A model generated the notes under the pieces. It was not told the DNA's origin. It saw only the letters and a list, made by a program, of their open reading frames with translations, and did not search any database. Below, piece after piece: positions 1 to 10,338 of a DNA stretch of 10,600 bases (position 1 is its first letter; every line of letters starts with the position of its first letter). The translations under genes and the position numbers were made by a program. This stretch comes from Thermotogota bacterium (GTDB lineage Bacteria; Bipolaricaulota; Bipolaricaulia; UBA7950; UBA9294), in contig JBDKUT010000038.1 in the NCBI GenBank assembly GCA_039679545.1, forward strand, positions 1-10,600, in the 5' to 3' direction.

Positions 1-2710
1 TCTGCCGCGCCACCTGGGTCAGCTCGAGCCCTTCGGGGAGGTGTCGCAGGAGGCCGCGTCGGGTCGCGCCAAGCCGGTCGAACGCCCCGGACTTCACAAG
101 CGCCTCGAGGGTCTCGCGGTCGAGGCCGTCCACGTCGACGCGGCGACACAGGTCGAAGAACGAGGCGTACGGCCCGCTCAAGCGCGCGGCCAGGATCGCC
201 TGGATGGCGTTCTCTCCCACGTACTTGATCGCTCCGAGACCGAACCGGATTCGCCCCTCCTCGACCGGCGCGAACTCCCGACGGCTCTCGTTGATGTCGG
301 GAGGCAGAACCTCAATCCCCATGTCGCGGCAGGCGCCAATGTATTCCGCAACCTTGTCGGTGTCCCCCTGTACGCTCGTGAGCAGGCTGGCCATGAAGTG
401 CGTCGGGTGGTGGGCCTTGAGGTACGCCGTCCAGTACGAGATGAACGCGTAGGCGGTGGCGTGCGACTTGTTGAACCCATACCGCGAGAACTTCTCCATG
501 TCGTCAAACGTGGTCGCCGCCAACTCCTGCGACAGCCCGTTCGCCCGGCACCCGTCGATGAACTTCTCACGGAGGCCGGCCATGATCTCCTTCTTCTTCT
601 TCCCCATCGCCTTGCGCAGCGTGTCGGCCTGCGCGAGCGTGAAACCTGCCAGTTTCTGCGCCATCAGCATCAGCTGGTCCTGGTAGATCGGAAGCCCGAA
701 CGTCTCCTCCAGGATGCCGCGGATGCTCGAGTGGGCGTACGTCACGGCCTTCCGGCCGGAGCGGCGCTCCACGTACTCGTCCGCCATCCCGCTCTCGAGA
801 GGGCCGGGGCGGTACAGGGCCAACAGGGCGATCAGGTCTTCGAACCGATTCGGCTGCACCCGGAGGATGAGGCCCGTCATCCCGGAGCCCTCGAGCTGGA
901 AGATCCCATCCGTGCTTCCCTGGCGCAGAACGGCGAACGTCGCGTCATCGTCGAGGGGGATGGACTCGAGATCGATCTCGATCCCCGCTTGCGTCAACAG
1001 GGAGGCCAGCGCATCCGCAATCATGGTTAGGTTTCGAAGGCCGAGGAAGTCGATCTTCAAGAGCCCAATCGCCTCGATGTCGGTCATGTCGAACTGGGTC
1101 ACGTACTCGTTCTCCGCCACGCGGAGGAGCGGCGCATGCTTCGCCAGCTCATCGGGCGCAATCACAACGCCCGCGGCGTGCGTCGAGATGTTTCGGGTGA
1201 GGTCCTCAAGCCGCAGACCGATGTCGATGACGCGGCGGACGTTCTCGCTCTCCTCGTACAGCGTCCTCAGCTCGACCACGCTGTCGACCGCGGCCTGCAG
1301 CTTCGACCCGAACGGGATGAGCTTGGCGATTCGGTCGGCTTCGCCGTACGGAAGCCCCAGGACGCGGCCGACGTCCCGCACGACGCTCCGTGCGGCCATC
1401 CGATCGTACGTCGCAATCTGGGCGATCCGCTCCCACCATCGCTCGCCTCCGTACTTCGAGCGGACGTAGTCGATAACCCGATCCCGTCCGCGGATGCAGA
1501 AGTCGATGTCGAAGTCCGGCATGCTGACGCGGTCGGGGTTCAGGAATCGCTCGAAGATCAGGTTGTAGCGGAGCGGATCGACGCCGGTGATCCCGAGTGC
1601 GTACGAGACAAGGCTTCCCGCCGCGGATCCTCGTCCCGGCCCGACGGCAATCCCTTGGCTCTTTGAGAAACGCACGAAGTCCCAGACGATCAGGAAATAC
1701 GTGCTGTACGACATCTTCGCGATGACGTCGAGTTCGTACTCAAGTCGCTCTCGGATCGTCGAGGTGATCTCGCCGTACCGCTCAGCCGCGCCGGCGTACG
1801 CCAGTTCTCGCAGGTAGGCATCCGTGTCGGTGGCTCCATCCGGAAGCGGAAACGGAGGAATCAGGATGCGGTTGAAGTCGAACTCCACCCGGCAGCGCTC
1901 CGCGATTGCGCGGGTGTTGTCGATGGCCTCCGGCAGGTCGGCGAAGAGCTTTTCCATCTCCTCGCCGCTCCGGAAGTGGTAGCCGTCCCCATCGAACGTC
2001 CGGTGTTCCGGATCGGACAGCGTCCGGTTGGCTCGGATGTTGATCAGAACCTCGTGGGCCAGCTTGTCGTCCGGATCGAGGTAGTGAACGTCGCTCGTCG
2101 CGACGAGCGGCAGGTTCAGCCGGCGGGCAAGGTCGATCAGCCGACGACGGACCTGCGCGTCACGCTCGGTGCCGTGATTCTGAATCTCGATGTAGAAGTG
2201 ATTCGACCCGAAGAGCTTTGCGTACGCCGAGGCAACCTGATCGGCCTCGCGTTCCTTCCCGGCAGAGAGCAATCGCGGAATCTCGCCCGACTCGCACGCC
2301 GACAGGGCGATCAGGCCCTCGGCGTGGGCCGCCAGAAGCTCCTTGTCCACACGGGGCCGGTAGTAGAACCCCTCAGTGTGTCCCGCGCTCACAATCTGAA
2401 CGAGGTTGCGGAACCCGATGTCGTTCTCGGCCAGCAGAACCAGATGGTAGTATCGGCCACCCTCCCCCCCCGTGCGATCACGGCGGTCGCCGGGAGCCAC
2501 GTAGACTTCACAGCCGAGTATGGGGTGAATCCCTCGGTCTCTGGCCTCTCGGTAGAATTTGACGACTCCGCTCAGCACACCGTGGTCCGTGAGCGCGAGC
2601 GCGCCCATGCCGCATGCGGAGGCCCGCTCGATCAGGTCAGGTAGGCGGCACGACGAGTCGAGAACGCTGTACTCGGAGTGGACGTGAAGATGGACGAATC
2701 GGCTCGGCAA
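1..2710 (-). CDS. dnaE: DNA polymerase III subunit alpha (partial; 3' end lies beyond the left edge of the window)
   Basis: Absent from the ORF track because no stop falls inside the window. Manual translation from TTG at 2710 (SD GAGGAG about 8 nt upstream; alternative in-frame GTG at 2719 overlaps the upstream stop) gives MPSRFVHLHVHSEYSVLD...ALTDHG...GCEVYV...YHLVLLA...LSAC...ATSDVHY (PHP domain), GPGRGSAAGSLVSYALGIT, FERFLNPDRVSMPDFDIDF, STHAAGVVI, GLLKIDFLGLRNL, YGFNKSHATAY and LEALVKSGAFD. The same frame holds at position 1 (about 903 codons seen). Confidence 0.97.
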   Translation of the reverse strand, partial: MPSRFVHLHVHSEYSVLDSSCRLPDLIERASACGMGALALTDHGVLSGVVKFYREARDRGIHPILGCEVYVAPGDRRDRTGGEGGRYYHLVLLAENDIGFRNLVQIVSAGHTEGFYYRPRVDKELLAAHAEGLIALSACESGEIPRLLSAGKEREADQVASAYAKLFGSNHFYIEIQNHGTERDAQVRRRLIDLARRLNLPLVATSDVHYLDPDDKLAHEVLINIRANRTLSDPEHRTFDGDGYHFRSGEEMEKLFADLPEAIDNTRAIAERCRVEFDFNRILIPPFPLPDGATDTDAYLRELAYAGAAERYGEITSTIRERLEYELDVIAKMSYSTYFLIVWDFVRFSKSQGIAVGPGRGSAAGSLVSYALGITGVDPLRYNLIFERFLNPDRVSMPDFDIDFCIRGRDRVIDYVRSKYGGERWWERIAQIATYDRMAARSVVRDVGRVLGLPYGEADRIAKLIPFGSKLQAAVDSVVELRTLYEESENVRRVIDIGLRLEDLTRNISTHAAGVVIAPDELAKHAPLLRVAENEYVTQFDMTDIEAIGLLKIDFLGLRNLTMIADALASLLTQAGIEIDLESIPLDDDATFAVLRQGSTDGIFQLEGSGMTGLILRVQPNRFEDLIALLALYRPGPLESGMADEYVERRSGRKAVTYAHSSIRGILEETFGLPIYQDQLMLMAQKLAGFTLAQADTLRKAMGKKKKEIMAGLREKFIDGCRANGLSQELAATTFDDMEKFSRYGFNKSHATAYAFISYWTAYLKAHHPTHFMASLLTSVQGDTDKVAEYIGACRDMGIEVLPPDINESRREFAPVEEGRIRFGLGAIKYVGENAIQAILAARLSGPYASFFDLCRRVDVDGLDRETLEALVKSGAFDRLGATRRGLLRHLPEGLELTQVARQ

Positions 2711-2715
2711 CGGGC

Positions 2716-3036
2716 TCACTCCTCGACGAAGATGACCTTCTCCTCACCCGGCTTGATGAGACCCAGCTCCTCGCGCGCCTTGTCCTCCAGCACTTTCGCG
2801 GTCGAGGCGGACGCCAGCTCAGCGCGCAGCCGCTTCTGCTCCGCGGCCGCTTCCACGGTGGCCTTGTCGAGGCGGACAAGGTCGTGCCGCAAACGGAGGA
2901 TGCCGAGCCCGCGACTGAGAAAGGTGCCGAGAACAAGCAACACAACGAGAGCGGCAATCCCTATGGCCACCCAGCGCCGCCCCTGGCGCGTCGGCCAATG
3001 AACGCTCCGCGCCACCTTTGCCCAGAGTCCCCTCAT
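2716..3036 (-). CDS. ftsB: Septum formation initiator family protein (FtsB/DivIC-like), 106 aa
   Basis: ATG at 3036 with GGGGAGAG upstream. Basic N-terminus, one TM helix (WVAIGIAALVVLLVLGTFL), a coiled-coil-like stretch, then LEDKAREELGLIKPGEEKVIF, which matches the DivIC/FtsB 'E..AR..LG..KPGE' signature. The position directly downstream of eno is a widely conserved linkage. Confidence 0.85.
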   Translation of the reverse strand: MRGLWAKVARSVHWPTRQGRRWVAIGIAALVVLLVLGTFLSRGLGILRLRHDLVRLDKATVEAAAEQKRLRAELASASTAKVLEDKAREELGLIKPGEEKVIFVEE

Positions 3037-3068
3037 CGCCCTCTCCCCGGTTGCTGCAAACCGCCGTT

Positions 3069-7086
<4,018 letters not shown>

Positions 7087-7103
7087 GATCTCCTGCAGAT
7101 GAG

Positions 7104-7143
7104 ATGCCGTGCTCTTGGGTTACGAGCTCAAGAGCACGGGCAT
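7104..7143. terminator. Strong inverted repeat between convergent alaS and dnaN (putative terminator or 3'-end hairpin, no U-tract)
   Basis: Perfect 11-bp arms CCGTGCTCTTG (7107-7117) and CAAGAGCACGG (7129-7139). The stem extends outward by ATG/CAT with a 1-nt bulge, and inward by GGUU/AGCU (two G-U pairs) on the + strand RNA. It starts 17 nt after the alaS stop and spans the dnaN stop codon. Confidence 0.55.
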
Positions 7144-8271
7144 GCAGACGTAGAGGAAGCCCTCGTCGGCGGCCGCAATCTTCTCGCTCGCGGGCTCGAC
7201 GAGGCCTGCCTTCTTCGAGTCCGCTAGCCAGATCGTCACGAAGTCCGAGGCCAGGCGCTTGAGGACGTCGATGACGTACTCGGCGCGGAACGAGATGTCG
7301 ATCAACTGCGCGGGCGCTTTCTTCACGCGCACTCGCTCTTCCGCCTCGCCCTTGTCCTTCGAGGAGGATCGGACCTGTACCGAACTCTCGTCGGGGGAGG
7401 CGTGAATCGTGATCGCGCCCGAATCCTCGGCCGCCGTGATCTGGATCCGCTGCAGCGCCTCGAGAAGAGCTCGCCGATCGAACGTCAGGGGCACCGGATT
7501 GTCGCGCGGAATCACACGCTCGAAGTCAGGGAACTCCTCGGCGATCGTTCGGGCGGAGAACGTGACCCCGCCAGCGTGGAAGAAGAGCTGCGCGTCGCCG
7601 CGGTGGATGTCCACGGTCGGCGAGTCGATCTGCCCGAGGACTCGGTCGAGATCGGTGAGAACGCTGGCCTCGATCAGGTACTCGCCCTCTTCCTCGATGG
7701 CTTCGATGCCAATCGTCTTCACGGCGAGGCGGTAGCCGTTCGTCGCCACCAGCCGCAGCTGGTCGCTCTTCAGCACGATGTCGACCCCCGTGAGGCTGAG
7801 GCGCGTCGTCTCACCCGCCTTGAGCGCGGCGAATGCCGTGTGCTCCAGTCCATGGTGGAAGTCGGCGACCCGAATCGTGGCGATCTTCGTCGACGGGAGC
7901 CCAGGGACTTCCGGGTAATCGCCGACTGGAAGGGTAGGCAGGTCGAACGAAGCTTCGCCGCAGCGAAGCTTCACCGTCGTTCCATCCTTGGCGTCGGTCT
8001 TAAGCGCGATCTTCTCGTCCGCCGGGAGGTGGGCGGCAATCTGGTTCACGATGGCGCCGTTGAGCACGACGGATTCGTCCTTCGCGCTGTTCTCGATGGG
8101 GATCTCACAGCGCACAGCCCGCTCCAAGTCCGTCGCTTGGAGAAACAAATGCTTCCCAGCAACCTCGAGCTTCAGCCCGGCCAGGATGGGCATACTGCTG
8201 CGCGTCCCCAGCGCGTAGCTCGCGAGCCGCACTCCGAACACCAAGTCGTTCTTCGAGCACACGAAATCCAT
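7120..8271 (-). CDS. dnaN: DNA polymerase III subunit beta (sliding clamp), 383 aa
   Basis: ATG at 8271 after SD GGGAGG. Motifs PILAGLKLE, LQATDLE, LPTLPVGDYPEVP, LTGV, LVATNGYRLA, FPDFERVIP, ISFRAEYVIDVL and C-terminal FLYVCMPV, all typical of beta clamps. Length is typical. Confidence 0.95.
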   Translation of the reverse strand: MDFVCSKNDLVFGVRLASYALGTRSSMPILAGLKLEVAGKHLFLQATDLERAVRCEIPIENSAKDESVVLNGAIVNQIAAHLPADEKIALKTDAKDGTTVKLRCGEASFDLPTLPVGDYPEVPGLPSTKIATIRVADFHHGLEHTAFAALKAGETTRLSLTGVDIVLKSDQLRLVATNGYRLAVKTIGIEAIEEEGEYLIEASVLTDLDRVLGQIDSPTVDIHRGDAQLFFHAGGVTFSARTIAEEFPDFERVIPRDNPVPLTFDRRALLEALQRIQITAAEDSGAITIHASPDESSVQVRSSSKDKGEAEERVRVKKAPAQLIDISFRAEYVIDVLKRLASDFVTIWLADSKKAGLVEPASEKIAAADEGFLYVCMPVLLSS

Positions 8272-8305
8272 CGATGACCTCCCTTGGGACTGCTGTGCAG
8301 AAGCT

Positions 8306-8335
8306 ATGATACTCGATCGGCCCGAGGCCGGACAA
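8306..8335 (-). promoter_or_regulatory. Putative internal promoter for dnaN
   Basis: Minus strand TTGTCC (8335-8330), 18 nt spacer, TATCAT (8311-8306), in the 67-bp tmk-dnaN gap. Confidence 0.5.
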
Positions 8336-8338
8336 AAG

Positions 8339-8974
8339 CTAGAGCCCCAGGCAGCGTGCAACAGCGGCCGCTGTCGCGTCGACGTTGCCCGTCCCATCGA
8401 TTCGATGGACGTTCGGGTCGTTCGCCGTGAGTTCGAGGAACCCACGGCGCACCCGATGGTAGAACTCCACGGCCTCGGCCTCGATCCGGTCGCGGTCTCC
8501 GCGCTTGCGCGCAAGTGCCACTTCAACGGGCACGTCGATGAGGAACGTGATGTCCGCCTTGCGTCCCCGCGTCGCTTCCTCGTTGAGACGCTCGATCAAG
8601 CCGAGGTCAATGCCTCGCCCGTATCCCTGGTACGCGAGGCTGGACAGGCGGTACCGGCTCGAGACGACCGTCTTTCCCCGGTCGAGCGCCGGGAGGACAA
8701 CCTCACGAGCGTGCTGCGCCCGGCTCGCAAGGAAGAGAAGGAACTCGGCGAAGTCGTCGAGCGTTCCGGAGTTGTGACGCGAAAGCAGGATCTCGCGCAC
8801 GGCGTTCCCTACCTCGGTCCCTCCAGGCTCCCCCGTGAGAACGATCTCGCACCCCTCATCCTGCAATCGGTGCGCGAGCAGCCGGGCTTGGGTTGTCTTC
8901 CCCGTGAAGTCGAGGCCCTCAAACACGATCAGCTTGCCCGCAAGTTCGATGCCGCCCACCTCCCCAGAGAGCAT
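8339..8974 (-). CDS. tmk: Thymidylate kinase (dTMP kinase); start codon uncertain (ATG 8974, GTG 8959 or ATC 8950)
   Basis: GKLIVFEGLDFTGKTTQ (P-loop), EPGGT, EFLLFLASRAQH, PALDRG, SSLAYQGYGRG, ADITFLIDV, DRIE..FY.RVR.GF and IDGT. The N-terminus overlaps the lspA 3' end. Confidence 0.93.
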   Translation of the reverse strand: MLSGEVGGIELAGKLIVFEGLDFTGKTTQARLLAHRLQDEGCEIVLTGEPGGTEVGNAVREILLSRHNSGTLDDFAEFLLFLASRAQHAREVVLPALDRGKTVVSSRYRLSSLAYQGYGRGIDLGLIERLNEEATRGRKADITFLIDVPVEVALARKRGDRDRIEAEAVEFYHRVRRGFLELTANDPNVHRIDGTGNVDATAAAVARCLGL

Positions 8975-9395
8975 ACACCACGAGAAGAGCGGCGCCGACG
9001 GAGATGCAGGCGTCCGCGATGTTGAAGACGAAGAATCCTCGGATCTCGAAATAGTCGAGGACGTAGCCAACAGCGGCCCGATCGATCAGGTTTCCCACGG
9101 CCCCCGCGAGTACGAGCGTCAGCCCAAAGCGCAAGAGGGGATGCAGGTTGCGGGGCACGACAAGCACCAAGAAGAGCAAGACGGCAACGACCGCCGAGAC
9201 GACCAGGAAGAGGGCCTGCCCCTGCGGGAAGATGCCGAAGGCCCCGCCCGTGTTGTGAACGCGTGTGAGCCGGACCACATCCCCCACCAGAGGAACGGGA
9301 ATCCCCAGGGAGAGAGTCTTGGCGGCCCAGAGCTTGGTCAATCGATCGAGGGCGACGAGCGTGATGGGAAGAAAGATCCAGAGAGCCCTGCGCAT
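8919..9395 (-). CDS. lspA: Lipoprotein signal peptidase (signal peptidase II), 158 aa
   Basis: LDRLTK, HNTGGAFG, GAVGNLIDR, VLDYF and VFNIADACI (catalytic Asp pair), with four hydrophobic segments. Confidence 0.96.
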   Translation of the reverse strand: MRRALWIFLPITLVALDRLTKLWAAKTLSLGIPVPLVGDVVRLTRVHNTGGAFGIFPQGQALFLVVSAVVAVLLFLVLVVPRNLHPLLRFGLTLVLAGAVGNLIDRAAVGYVLDYFEIRGFFVFNIADACISVGAALLVVYALWGGGRHRTCGQADRV

Positions 9396-9404
9396 GATGC
9401 CGCG

Positions 9405-9433
9405 AGCGTACCCGCGTCACCGCATACCGTCAA
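9405..9433 (-). promoter_or_regulatory. Putative promoter for lspA-tmk(-dnaN), predicting a near-leaderless transcript
   Basis: Minus strand TTGACG (9433-9428), 17 nt spacer, TACGCT (9410-9405), only 9 nt before the lspA ATG. No SD is visible. Confidence 0.6.
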
Positions 9434-9450
9434 GCGAAGCGCCTACGGGA

Positions 9451-9479
9451 TTGACGCAAGACGGCTCGCCGGGTACGGT
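9451..9479 (+). promoter_or_regulatory. Putative promoter for the FAH-family gene
   Basis: TTGACG (9451-9456), 17 nt spacer, TACGGT (9474-9479), followed by SD AAGGAGG (9488-9494) and ATG at 9498. Confidence 0.6.
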
Positions 9480-9497
9480 GTCGCGCGAAGGAGGCCG

Positions 9498-10223
9498 ATG
9501 AAACTCGTTCGATTCCGACTCGGACCTGGCGGGCCCGTTCTCGCGGGAACACTGAAAGGTGAAACGGTGGTTGCCGACGGGCGACCCTACGCGCTTGGAG
9601 ACGCCACACTCGTCGCTCCGTGCACGCCAACGAAGCTTGTCTGTGTCGGACGCAACTACATCGCCCACGCGAAGGAGCTCGGAAATGAGGTCCCCGAGAA
9701 GCCGCTCCTCTTCTTCAAGCCCCCCTCGGCGGTCATCGGTCCCGGCGAGGAGATCGTGCTTCCGACCGGGCCCGACGTGCACTACGAGGCCGAGCTGGCC
9801 GTTGTCATCGGGACGCGATGCCGAAACGTTCCGGCGCGCGATGCCGGCCGCGTGATCCTCGGCTATACATGCCTGAACGACGTCTCCGACCGCACGGCGC
9901 AGAAGTGGGAGAAGAACTGGGTTCGTGCCAAGGGATTCGACACCTCGGCGCCCCTCGGCCCTGTCATCGTCACGCCGGACGAGATCCACGAGCCCTTCCA
10001 TGTTCAGCTGCGCCTTAACGGAGAAGTGCGCCAGGACGGTTCCACGAGCGACTTCATCTTTCCGATCCCGGAGCTGCTCGAGACGATCACCGCCTTCATG
10101 ACCCTCGAGCCCGGCGACGTCATCGCCACTGGAACGCCGGAGGGCGTCGGGCCGCTGCAATCCGGCGACATCGTCGAAGTCATGATCGACGGCATCGGCG
10201 TTCTCAAGAACTCCGTTCGATAG
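9498..10223 (+). CDS. Fumarylacetoacetate hydrolase (FAH) family protein, 241 aa
   Basis: ATG at 9498 after AAGGAGG. Motifs KLVCVGRNYIAHAKE, PLLFFKPPSAV, HYEAELAVVIG, GYTCLNDVSDR, WVRAKGFDT, LEPGDVIATGTPEGVG and IDGIGVLKN. Confidence 0.95.
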   Translation: MKLVRFRLGPGGPVLAGTLKGETVVADGRPYALGDATLVAPCTPTKLVCVGRNYIAHAKELGNEVPEKPLLFFKPPSAVIGPGEEIVLPTGPDVHYEAELAVVIGTRCRNVPARDAGRVILGYTCLNDVSDRTAQKWEKNWVRAKGFDTSAPLGPVIVTPDEIHEPFHVQLRLNGEVRQDGSTSDFIFPIPELLETITAFMTLEPGDVIATGTPEGVGPLQSGDIVEVMIDGIGVLKNSVR

Positions 10224-10263
10224 ACCTGCCTTCGCTACACCTCTTCTTGCGGTGTCCTCTGAC

Positions 10264-10292
10264 TTGCCACCGCTTGGTATCTTGACTAGGAT
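10264..10292 (+). promoter_or_regulatory. Putative promoter for the downstream exported-protein gene
   Basis: TTGCCA (10264-10269), 17 nt spacer, TAGGAT (10287-10292), in a comparatively AT-rich intergenic stretch. SD GAGGAGG at 10325-10331. Confidence 0.5.
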
Positions 10293-10338
10293 GTGCTGAT
10301 AGCTTGCTCTATGAGGATACCCGTGAGGAGGCAAGGCC

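Noticed and set aside
2464..2471. G8 homopolymer on the dnaE coding strand as a phase-variation site
   Set aside because: It encodes a Thr-Gly-Gly-Glu loop in frame in an essential gene and is unremarkable at this GC content.
41..2644. Long + strand ORFs (41-1030, 714-1469, 1136-1666, 1976-2644)
   Set aside because: Antisense shadows of dnaE caused by GC-rich codon usage; no recognisable motifs or SD sites.
1..2710. Possible intein or split in dnaE
   Set aside because: Motif spacing is normal (LEALVKSGAFD near residue 870), YGFNKSH is uninterrupted and the frame is continuous.
8272..8526. 85-aa N-terminal extension of DnaN in the ORF track
   Set aside because: Overlaps tmk; a strong SD precedes ATG 8271, where clamp similarity begins.
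8835..9497. Apparent 462-aa fusion ORF upstream of the FAH domain
   Set aside because: The extension is antisense to lspA/tmk; the SD and promoter define the start at 9498.
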